DNA of 64,000 bases, taken from positions 24,366,001 to 24,430,000 of the forward strand of contig OX597829.1 in the NCBI GenBank assembly GCA_951406725.2, in the 5' to 3' direction. The DNA comes from Octopus vulgaris. Its lineage: Eukaryota. The position numbers and the translations under genes were made by a program. Below are positions 25,501 to 38,400 of the stretch, piece after piece (positions within the stretch are counted from its first letter, which is position 1; each line of letters starts with the position of its first letter). The notes beneath the pieces are model-generated. The model was not told the DNA's origin, made no database searches, and was given only the letters and a program-made list of their open reading frames with translations.

Positions 25501-28500
25501 GGAATACATAACCATCAACACCAGAGAATTATTTGGTGTGGAAACAAGGAATAAGCCAAATGTTTCTTAGTTATGGTAACAATCAATAAACTATTTTCAT
25601 AAACCAAAACCATACCCATGGTTATCTTCCTTGTATACCACCATTTCATTCAATTTTTAATCCAATAAAATTTCAGGAGTTCTTCCCCTTCCCTCCATTT
25701 GACAGTAATTTTCATTAACACTAATGATTTTTTCCTTGTTACATTACCATTTCAATTAATTCAAAAGTTATCAGTGGTAGCCTGTTTTCAACTACACTCT
25801 TTATGCTCTCTAAAGTTCTGAGACTGTAGCAGCAGCACGAGCGCTCTTGAACTCTAGTTGCTCACATTGTAGCTTTTTACTTTTAACTACCCATTTTGGT
25901 TCACCATGTGATGGTCAGATCCACTTAGTTTTGCTTGGACTGTCCATGCCTTTAACATGATGGATTAGCCTAGCATCTGCTTATCAGTTATAAAACTAGA
26001 ATTTCTGTCCTGCTAAGTCCCAAGGGGGGAGAGTTTTGCTATGAGTGGCCTGGGACCTCTACCCGAAAACAATTTTGACTTCAACTGCAGTTTTCAGTTT
26101 GAACAGATTTCAAACCAGAATCCTAGACATCATCATGCTTAGTGTCTTACCAACATTTGAATAGAACCAGAATTACTGTGATGCTGTATTTCAGGTTTTT
26201 CTCTAACATTTATATCTATATTTTGATGAACATTTAAATCTATACGTTTTGACAATTGAATTGTCTTACCAATTTGCTTCATCAAATTTTAGCAGTTGTA
26301 ATAAATGTCTCATTATGGTCTATTTCAACTTGTCTCTGAATTCCTCAATCCATCATGAATTCATTTAACAGAAGACACATATCAGACCTTCTGCAATTCA
26401 TATATCCACATACATACCTATGGCTTCAAGACTAATAAAAGTTAAGATCAAATTTTTCTGGGGCTCAGTGAACTCTATTGTATCTTACGAATTAATTAGA
26501 CATATTACAGAAGATTGCCAGATGAGTGTGCATCATTCGTTACCACCAAGGTTTCCTAGAGCCAATTATAAATATTTAAGCATGTAGTTTCTTCTGAAGT
26601 CTCAACTATGCATAACTCTATAAATTACACCCGCTATGGTGCCTCAACCAAAATAATTCCATGTGATTAATCAACATAGAGAGCAGGTCCAGAAGGTCAA
26701 CACACCTTTGGTCTTGCGTCTTTGTACATTATCAGCATGTCTTTTACAAGGGGGTGCTGAAAAGTTCCTGGCTTTGGGTAAAAGAAAATAAAAGAGGATC
26801 AATTATGATTTTATTCAACATATTCCCCTCTCGGATTCACACACTTATTGCAGTAGGTCTTCAGTTTTTCTAAATCGTGCCATGTAAAAAGCACTCACCC
26901 CACTCTGCAGAGTGGTTGGTCCTAGGAAGGGCATCCAACCATAAATAAAAGACCACACCAAAACTCCTATGAAGGTGTCCAACCCATGCCAGCATGGAAG
27001 AAAGATGTTAAACAATGATGACGTGAAAGAACTTGGAAGGTTGGGATTCCAACCAGGCCATTAGCAACACCCTTAAAAACAGGAACGTTTCAGCACACCT
27101 CTCCCACTACTGTTTTTCCAACTACCTGGAAATTACCTCTACCATTATTTAAACCCTTTATTAACCATATTTCTGTTGACATACAGTCTTTATTTCAATT
27201 TATTTTGAAAATGAAGAATTTAGCAAAATAATTGTCATTTATTAAGCTGGGGGCTTGGAATGAAGTGACACGAAATTTTGATAGAAGGTTTTAATTTTGA
27301 TTACTTTAAAACAGGAAGTATCATAAAATCAGGAGCAATCACAGGTGGGTTTAAACACACTTTGGATTACATAGCCAATGATTCTGCTTTGCCTAAGTTC
27401 CCTCTCATAAAAGAGAATTGCAGTAGAATCAAAACCATTGTTTGCAAAAAAAAAAAGGGATAAAAAATGTCTATCTGAATATTTCCTCCAATATTACCAA
27501 TGTTTTCTGAAAGAAAAATTTTACTTTTACATCAAGTGATCTATCAGTTGTTCAATACAAAACAGAAACAGCAAAAACTTTTTTTTTTATCTTGCCACCA
27601 TTAACAGCAATATTTCTTATTTATGACGATGATGCCTCATCTCCTCGGGTTAATAGAAGCCAGCTTGTAATTCCATCAGGACTGTAGTCTCATCAGCTAA
27701 TGCACGACATCTCACTTGTCTCCCGAGGATATGCAGATTGTGTTCCGCAGGAGGCAAGTCAGATGGTCGTGCATGCTAGTAACTTTGTCCTATGTTGTTC
27801 CTAGCCAATGACATTCTTCATAATTTCATGCAAAAGATGCTTGAACAATTAATAGAAACTGTACCAAGACAGGGTAAGGGGCGGAGAGTACCTAATTACT
27901 TAAATTTTCAACCCCATCACAGGCTAAAGTTATTATATATGCGTGTGTAAATGTCAGACAATGAGAATGAATGCTCATCACTGCTTTGGTGGATAGATTT
28001 TCCTTATTTGTGTATTATTAATTGAACGTATGTAGCTATAATGCAATACCTTAGCACTTAGATTACTTTGTCAAATGTAAATACTAATTTATTCATTCTC
28101 TTCAATCAATCCCACACTATCTAGTAGCTTTGAGCACATCATTGAAATCTCAAAACTACAAGATAATCCATAATTCTAAACAATGTAAAGGAAAAAGCAT
28201 TGCATTTGATGGAATAATCTCAATGCTTAAACTGTCAGAAAATATATGAATGTATTTATTGCAGAATCTACGAAAAATACTTCAGAATAATGGCATAAAT
28301 TTATTACTTAGATGCAAGTAGACTTATAGTAATAGGTTAAGAAACAGTTCCAATACCATTTTTAGTTCCAAAACAGTGTACAACGCTAAAGGCAGGCAGC
28401 TGCAAGCATCAGCTAACACTAAGTTATTGAAATTGGACAGATTTAATTTGGTGCTTAGTTTAACGCCACAACTCAGCTGTGTCTTTGGCGAGGTTCATTC

Positions 28501-31500
28501 TGTTGTAAGGTATTAGAGACCAGGCCTCTGGATGGACATCTACAGTGGCCCTGAAAAAAGGTCACAGATATTGACCTTCTATTGAAAATAAAAAGCAAAC
28601 CCTAGTCCATCTTTATTTTTGGGAGGGGTATCAAAGACCAATATATTTTCTCCCTTCTAAGTTGGTAGGGTGTAATCTGACCACTACTTTTAGGAAGGCA
28701 ATACATAGAGGCTTCCTTGTTAAGTTTTAGCCCATTTTGAATAAACATAAAATAATTTTAACCCTAATCTTTTACTACACACAGAATATCCAGTGATTAA
28801 AAAGAGTTTGAAAAATATTTGGATATTAATTAATTAGTAACTATCTGCATGCTTTAATCGATACGTGATGGGGGAAGTAACATAGCTTATAAGGAGGGAC
28901 TCAGTATACAAGAATAATAACAAAAGGGTAAATTGTTCAAAATTGATTATCCTTGTTGAAGTTTCGAAAGCTAATGCACGCCATCTCACTTCTCTCCCGA
29001 GGATGTGTTTTAATTAGCCTTGCAGGAGTTAAGTCAGATGACTGTGCATGCAATTTATACAGCCTTTTCTCCCTCTTTTGCTTGCCTTTGGTTAAATCTC
29101 CCTAAAGAATGCAACAAATATGTTGTGGTAATAAACTAATCTCTTCAGTAAACTTAGATAAAAAAAAATTAAAAAATTCTGGATGATACTCCTCATCCCC
29201 ACTCCCATCTTCTAAATTGTCTCCTCTATCCAATAGAAATTTATATATATATATATCGTGGCCGTTTGCCAGCTCCGTCTGGCACCTGTGCGGGTAGCAC
29301 GTAAAAAGCGCCCACTACACTCACGGAGTGGTTGGCGTTAGGAAGGGCATCCAGCTGTAGAAACACTGCCAGATCTGACTGGGCCTGATGCAGCCTTCCG
29401 GCTTCACAGACCCCAGTTGAACCGTCCAACCCATGCTAGCATGGAAAACGGACGCTAAATGATGATGATGATCCAGGCTACACTATAAGTAAACCTCTTT
29501 TCTGAAAGTATCACATACACAGACTCCACCTCTCCTACTACTAACAAAAAGCAATGCCGTCATCCTTGTTCTCAGGCTAAATAATAAATAGTTCCAGTTC
29601 TACTAATTCTTATATGTGCCAGTTACCACCATTTTACATCTTCAGTATTGCTACTTGGAACAATCTGAGATAATTGTTAAACTTCTGTATATGATATACA
29701 CATGGCAGAACATTGGCTATGGACTGGTTAAAAATAAGTAGAATCTGCTCATTTTGTTGGTGCTCTGCAGATGAATAACGCTGGATAAATATACATTTAT
29801 CACCACAGATGAAACAATTCAAGGCAGATAAAAAAAAAAAAATTTTTAAATCTAACTGCTGCAGGAGATTTGTTTGTGTGAGTCTTATGACAAAACACAC
29901 CCACGAATTTGAAGTTAAATGACTTTCATTTAGATAAATAAGTGTCCTAGAGTTCTGGCTTAAAAGAAGAGGTTATAATACAAGATCAGATCAGATACTG
30001 AATACTCAAATTCAGTAATTAGCCCAATCTATTGAGATACGGACTGACCGATTGTTGAGTTTGTAATGACTTCTAACATCAGTAACATAAGAATTATGTG
30101 ACACATAACTATTAATTTATTTACTCTTTTACTTGTTTCAGTCATTTGACTGAGGCCATGCTGGAGCACTGCCTTTAGTCGAAGAAATTGAACCCAGTAC
30201 TTATTCTTTGTAAGCCTAGTACTTATTCTACCATTCTCTTATACCGAACTGCTAAGTTACGGGGGACGTAAACACACCAGTATTGGTTGTCAAGTGATGT
30301 TGGGGGCCAAACACACACACACACATATACATATAAATATACATACACACACACACACACATACAGTGGGCTTCTTTCAGTTTCCGTCTACCAAATCCAC
30401 TAACAAGGCTTTGGTCAGCCCAAGGCTATAGTAGAAGACACTTGCCCTAGGTGCCACGCAGTGGGACTGAACCCAGAACCATGTGGTTGGTAAGCAAGCT
30501 ACTTACCACACAACCACTCCTGCGCCTATTGTTTTTTTTTTTTTTCTATATCCATAAATTCTTTCAGAAGAATATTACTGGAATTATAAATTTAACCCTT
30601 GTAGAATATTATTTATAAACACCTGAACTTTAATTACTGAAGAGAAATAGTCTACACCATAACAGTTCTAATAAAGGAAAAATTAATTAATCATAAATAA
30701 AGGCAGCACATGTTGATTATAAACGTATTATAAAATATACCAGTTATTTCAACATGGAAAAAAAAACAAAAAAACTAACCCAACCATATGCTAAAGAAGG
30801 CGTTTTAGAGGTAACAAATTTTAAGTTGGTATACAACTTTAAAGGCAGCACATGTTAATTATAAATATTTTAAATATAAAATATAGATAATTAGCACTAA
30901 TGAGCCGAAGAGATATTTCAGTATGAAAAAACAAAACTGACCCAACCGTATGCTGGAGGAGGCATTTTAGAGGTAACAAATTTTAAGTTGGTAACCACTT
31001 GGTTACCAAAGAGCAATGGCAAGGAAATCTTCAGAAATTTTCAAATAATAGTCATTTAGAAAACAATTTAGAAATAACCAAATAATAGTATTTTTTATTC
31101 CAAAGAAAACAATTTGACATTCACCCAGTAGAAAGAAATGTTTAATTGTCACCCTTCCCCACATCTTTCATCCATCAACTGTAAGGCATTAGAGGGGAGG
31201 AAAGGAATTGCTATCTCTATTATTTTATGTAGCAGAGGAGGGTAAAAGCCAATAGCCAACTCTGGTGATATTTAAATAGAGGAATATAATTATCTTCATC
31301 CAATCAATTCACAACATTATTAATATATTTCATTTGGACAAAACATGGTGAGGTTGTAACACAGTATTTCAGGAGTAGGGAGTTATCCTTCAGTCAGCAC
31401 TACTCCTGGGTAGTAGTAACTGACAATGGTTCCAGTTATGGGTGAAGTAGCAGAATATAGTCTTGTAGCTGCTAAGGTATACAGGACCCACAGTTGAGCT

Positions 31501-34500
31501 AGCCCTTAGATATGTATTCCACAGACCCATCTGGGTGTGAACATGCTCTGATGTCATGCGAACTGGTTCTCCTGGTTCAGAGTTAGGTAGGCCCTGTATA
31601 AACTAATGGAAAGTAACAAGGAGCCAGTGTTGTATCTTTATATGGGCATGCTATATGAAGATTTCAGAATATATTCAACTCATTTTTCAGTATCAGGCAA
31701 TGTTATCTTTTGTCAATTACAATTGATTGATACTGAGCAGAAAATATGGCCGTTTGCCAGCCTCGTCTGGCACCTGTGCCGGTGGCACGTAAAAAGCACC
31801 CACTACACTCACGGAGTGGTTGGCGTTAGGAAGGGCATCCAGCTGTAGAAACATTGCCAGATCAGATTGGGCCTGGTGCAGCCTTCTGACTTCCCACACC
31901 CCAGTTGAATCGTCCAACCCATGCCAGCATGGAAAACGGACGCTAAACGATGATGAGCCACGGAAATCTGCTTTGTATTTTGAGAAATAGATCTAAAAGT
32001 ATTGCTTTGTTTCTTAGACAGAGCACTTTGATCCAATTTCTTTAATGTTATGAAAACGAATAAAATGCATAAAATCATGTACAAAAAAATATACAAATTC
32101 CATAGGCCTGAATGGTTGCATCACCGTTAGCTTTGTCAAATGAGGTAATTCCATAATGCAAAACATCTTCTTAACTTCCATATTTATACACTGAAGTACA
32201 GTTCTATAGAATCTTTTCAGGAAGGTTAAAAAATAGAAAAGGACACTCTAATGATCAGAGATTCTACAATACAAGATCCCTATGGACATGCACCACACAA
32301 ACCTTTTTCTACAGAATGAATGTCTTTTAGTTAATTTCTTTCAAAGGTACTTCTTTTTAAGAAATAAAAAACAGGGTATTTAAAAATAAATTTCTGAACA
32401 TTCCTTGCATTAAACTCTTTATTTGATATATGCTAAATTTTAGAACACAGTTTTGAGAGTAACATTTTTTGCAATAACACAGTATTGCAATTTGAAACTG
32501 TGTTCTGAGCAATTTTTGCTGTTATACCGAGCATTTTAGAGAACAACTGAGTACACTTTCAAAGTACAAGAAAAAGAAAAAAAAACAAAAAAACACTGAA
32601 ATGAAGAATATATTAACAGCATAGGAAATACAAATATAAAATCTAAAAATTTGCTGATGTTATTTCACTTAACACAAGTTTTCATTTAATCATTACTTAC
32701 AAGAAAGTCATTACTTTCCATGCTAGAATGGATTATATAATATATTACTGAAGTAATAACTTAAAAAAAAAAACATTTAATATAAATGAAAGATAATTAA
32801 AATTATTAGCTTTTACGGTTTTTAAAAAATTAAGCATCTTAACTTTATTGAACAAAATTAACTATACAATATAATTAGTACATTTATAATTAAAAATACT
32901 TACCATAGTTTCTAGCTCAAATCCAGTGAAAAGCGACAGTAACGGTACTGGTATAACTTTGGCCATGCCTTCTCGCACCCATCTTATTTGGTCATCAAAC
33001 TCATGCAACCTGTTTAAGAATTGAGAAGCTAGTTGTTCTTTAAATGTATAACACAAGAGGCTTATATATTTTAACAATTTACATACTTTGTTCAATAATA
33101 AAATGATTATTACAAGTGTCTTGTAATGATGGTTCACATTTTAAATTGGATTGAACAAGCTTAGAAGAGTACTCCCTATCTTGTGAAGTACAAATGAAAT
33201 GTATCCAATCAGTGAGACACCCTGTACAAAAAAAAAAAAAAAGTTAAATCTCTAAATATTGATGCACACATACATCCTACATGTTGTCTTACATGATTAC
33301 AAAAGAGTTTAAAATTTTCAATGTGGACACAGGAAAAAGAAAAAAAAAAAAAAAAAAAAAGCACATACCCAACACGTTTAACCCTTTAACATTTAAACTG
33401 GCCCATATGTGGCCAAAATATTCTGCTTGTTTTAGGTTCAAACTGGCCAGATCCAACCTCTCACATTTACCCTACAATGTCATTCTATAAGTGAGCAGAT
33501 CTTCAAAATCTTAAAGATATGAGATAATGCGCTATTACTTCTAAACAATGAGAATAAATAAGCATCACATTTGACAGCATAATCTGAATGCTAAAGGGTT
33601 AACAAAGCAGAATTGATTAAATTAAAAACTATTCTATAACATTACCGGTAGTTCATCGCTGATTTAATGTACTCTGATCTGTTTTCGGGAGTGATACGAT
33701 ATTTCATCGATAATTGCATTTCTTGACCAGAAGCACTGGGGACGCTAAATGGCATGTCAGCATTTCTTAGATCTGCATTGAGCATTTCCTTGATACACAT
33801 TAATCCTATAATAAAACAGAATAAAAAGAAAAAAGCATCATGTATGAGAGCACATCATACTGAGTATTAATATCTGATTAACCAAACAAAAAAAAAAAAA
33901 AAAAAGAAAGTCGTAAACATACCAGGAACAAAATCTTTATCAACCTCAGTCAAATCACTTATTGTCAGAGGCATCCCTGCAAGTTGTTTCCAAACAGGTT
34001 CTGCTATATTAAGGCTAAGTGGACTTCCCGTTCGAATTGCAATACCCATCAGCATTCCTTGAAAGTAAATATATAAATGCACAGTTATTGTTGCTATTAT
34101 AATAATTACAAATCAGACTAAAATTGAAGTTTAATTATGCATTTTGTATTTTCTAGGTTAGATACCAACAGCTATCCTTTATCATTATTATTTGTAGGTT
34201 GGTGGGGTTGTTAGAGCATTGGACAAAATGACTTGCATTTTTTTTTCTGGCTTTTTATACTCTAAGTTCAAAACCTGCTATGGTTAACATTCTCAGACCC
34301 AGTTGCCTATGTCTTAACTTTATCCTCCATCTGGGCCCCAGAACAAAAAGAAAAGAAATAAACAGTTGCATATACAACTCAAGAGTAATGACTGCAGACA
34401 AACCAATGGACGGAATTGGCTGCATCTTCTACATGTTGTTCATTACCCCTTTACTGGGAATCTAACAGAGACGATGCTCAACCTGTTCTCACCATAGCAG

Positions 34501-35450
34501 GAATGCAGCACGACAGGGTTAACTATGTCTACCCTGCGTCCAAGGGTCAATAACGAATACCAGTGAGTGAAGTACTATAATTGATTTAATCACCTGTTCT
34601 CCCCACAAATTTCAGGTCTTGTGCCAAATTTCAAAACTATTATCACTTTATGCCTGTTTTCTCCCTACTGGTATGAGCTGAAATGAGACTCTGCTGAGTC
34701 TTTTCCTGACACATTTGTCGAGTAAGGTATTCCATGACTTAAACTGTCTGACTTCTCCATGTAGGACAAAAGAACTATCAGTGCTAAATGAACAGCATTG
34801 GAGTGAAGACATGCACAGATATAAACACACACACACACAGTTTATATTTTCTATTTGTTTCAGTTACTGGACAGCAATCATTCTGGGGTACCACAAAGAA
34901 TTTAGTTGAACAAACTGATCCCCAATTTTTTTTCTTTTTAAAGCCTGTTACTTTATTCTATTGGTCTTCTTGTCAAACCACTAAGTTATGGGGATGCAAA
35001 CAAACCAACATCATTGTCAAGCAGTGCTGGGGGGGACAAATATAATACAAAGACACACACACATCCTACAGGCTTTTTTTCAGTTTGTGTACCAAATCAA
35101 CTCACAAGGCTTTAGTTGGCCTGAGGCTATAGAAGACACTTGCTTGAGGTTCCACACAGTAGTACTGAACCTAAGGACACATCATTGTGAAGCAAGTTTC
35201 TCAACCACACGGTGTGTGTGTGTTTCTTGTGTATACTCTTACTCTTTTACTTGTTTCAGTCATTTGACTGCGGCCATGCTGAAGCACCGCCTTTAATCGA
35301 GTAACTCGACCCCGGAACTTATTCTTTTGTAAGCCCAGTACTTATTCTATCGGTCTCTTTTGCCGAACCACTAGGTGACGGGGACATAAACACACCAGCA
35401 TCGGTTGTCAAGCAATGCTAGGAGGACAAACACAGACGCAAACACACACA

Positions 35451-35492
<42 letters not shown>

Positions 35493-38400
35493 TACGACGG
35501 GCTTCTTTCAGTTTCCGTCTACCAAATCCACTCACAAGGCTTTGGTCGGCCCGAGGCTATAGTAGAAGACACTTGTCCAAGGTGCCACGCAGTGGGACTG
35601 AACCCGGAACCATGTGGTTGGTAGAAGGCTACTTACCACACAGCCACTCCTGCGCCTACGACACTTTTCTCTACAGTTTCTACCAACCAAAATTTCACTC
35701 ACATAGCAGTGGTCAACGTGCAAGCAGACATGCTTGTCGACTAATCAAAAGTTATTATGCAGTAAGAAACCAAACCCAAAACCATGTTTCAGAAGAGTAC
35801 TTAACCAAACGACCATTCCTAATATAAATTATGCATTACATATTGTTGTCAAAGGATTCTGTCCACCCCCAAGTGACTAAAAATGGACTGACACATTGCT
35901 ATAAAATGAAGTACTGTGAGCCATTGATTGAGAATGTCGAGTTTCATGTAATAGTAATTGTATTGCATCATGTAAATGTTTCTTTCCTCCTGCTTTGTTA
36001 AATTATATATTCAACACCAAGATATAAAACATACACACACTTATTACAATATATTCCTATATTTTAACAGTTTTGAAACTAAAAGAATGTCACTAGATAC
36101 AAAACGATAAAGTTTAGTAAAATTGGTTACCTAAATATCTAAACATGTTTTGATGAAGTGGCGATTTCAACATTGGATTTAATAAAAAGCAGTCACGATT
36201 TGCTCCAGACTCATCTCGACCATTTGGTGTTACAATGAGTAATGAGAGTGAGCCATTTTGAAGTTCATCACACATTTCAGCAATTGACTCACTATATCCT
36301 CCTCCACAATCGTCGACACTTTCACCTGAAATAACATTGAGAATTGTTTTTCTAAGATGACATGAGATTATAAAATGTAAAAAACAAAATACATAGCCTG
36401 CTAGGAAAAGAAATATTTCAGCAAAAAAGATGTAGTTTATGGCTGAAACCATTTTTATAACAAACTGCATGAAATTGTCCTTAGCTCTATGATATAAACC
36501 CAGTTCTTAAAATTATCTTAACCTTTTCGTTACTGTATTTATTTTGAGATGCTCTGTATTTCTTTCAATTACTTTAAATATAACAAAGAATTTAGTAAAA
36601 TAATTTAGTTATCATTCAGCTAGTGTTAGGAACGTAAATTGTGACTAAGGTTTGGTGGAAGATTTTAATTCAAAACTTATGAAAACAAAACATTTGTACT
36701 CAGAGCCGGTTTCAGCCGGGTTGGTAACGAAAGGGTTAATGATCTTTATTAAAAACTTTCCATCAAAATTTCATGTTAATTATGTTCAAAACACCAGGTT
36801 AATAATTACAAAAGTTAATAAATCAACTTAATTGAAACAAACACCATATTTCAACAGAAATATAGCAATGGAAATTTTAAATAGAGTTTTCATTAAGAAA
36901 TAAAGACAACACAATCTTGAGAAAGTCCTATAAAAAATTATGTTCTTCAAAACTATACTAGTTTCTAAGAAATTATGCAGCCATTATATCTGAAATATAT
37001 AGATTCAGGACATGTTTATATGAAAATGTTAAGATTTAAAAGAATATCAATTGAAATCTTACCAACAAATTTAACTTTCCATACTCGGTGTGGTAGCATT
37101 AAGCTATCAGGACCAAAAACACTCATCTTTGCTGCCATCTGTCCAAATACTGATTTAGTACCATCAGGCCCAGCAAGCCCACCACGACTTCGAGATCTTT
37201 TTACCTATAATAATAAATATATGCTCAAATTAACTGATATAGATTTAAGGAGAAAAGGGAAGTTTTGAAACCTTAGCATGGATATTTTTTCCCCCAGTCA
37301 TACAACATGAAATTTTAATATAGAGATGGCACCAGATTTTTAGAAAGGACATAGGGATTATTTATAATAGATTATATCTTAAACCAAGGCACAGGAAAGA
37401 AAAATGGAAGTTCCTGGAGGTGGGAGGGGGATCTAAGGTCAGTGGTTACATGAGGTTGAAATAACAAAAATAAATTTCCGTTGATAAAGAAACATTACTG
37501 AAAGTCAGAGACTTACTTGAATTCTGTTTAGTTCTACAACTGGTCCATGTTGTCGATCTCTGACTGCTGTCGCTTGCACAACTTTCCGGAAAGAAGCTTC
37601 CTACAGTAAAAAAATTTACACAGGGACATTGAATTCAAGTTAAATCTGATAGAGCCACACACAAATCTAAGAAAGAAATTATGGAAACTGAAAATAACAA
37701 TCATCTTTTCACTAAAATAAAAAGATATAATTTCATTTAGGAAATAATTTGCATGCAGTCCAATTTTGAAGATTAACAAATTCATTTGTCACTTACTTAA
37801 ATTGCTAACACTGAACAATGGAGTAGCTCATATGCATAACAACCCCCTACCATTAATGCATAACCAATATTTCAAAATTAATTAAAAAAAGAGTTATCGT
37901 AAATCCTCGAGTATAGTCTGCCCCTGAGTATAATACGCACCCCTTCTCTAACTTGAGTCAAGGTCTATATAACGTCCTTTATTATTATTGTATATATAAC
38001 ATAATGCAAATGTGTAACTTTTTTGTGCATTTTGTTTGCAGAAAATAAGAAATAACAGTAATAACGTTTAATAAATGTTGCTTACTGCAAGTTATGGATG
38101 ATTCTTTTATGACGTCATTGCTTTCAGGCTTAGCTTAAGGTATTTTCTCACCCAACATCACTAAATGCGTCTGAATAAACATAGCCAGGCAGCAAATAGA
38201 GACTCGGACATCTTTTTATATAAAAGAGAAGTTGTGTGTCTGTCTCCTACAATTTAGATTCCTAACTACTCCCACATTTTGCGGTGCAGTTTAACTAAAA
38301 CCGGGTATCTTATAGTCGTGATTCATATCGAGCCCTTCTGGGTATTAGCACGCGTCTACGATGAGTCTACGATTTAAAAAAAAATTTACTATCATTTTTT

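Noticed and set aside
27905-27995. catcacaggct and gctcatca resembling miR-2/miR-11 fragments
   Set aside because: Only seed-length similarity and no supporting hairpin.
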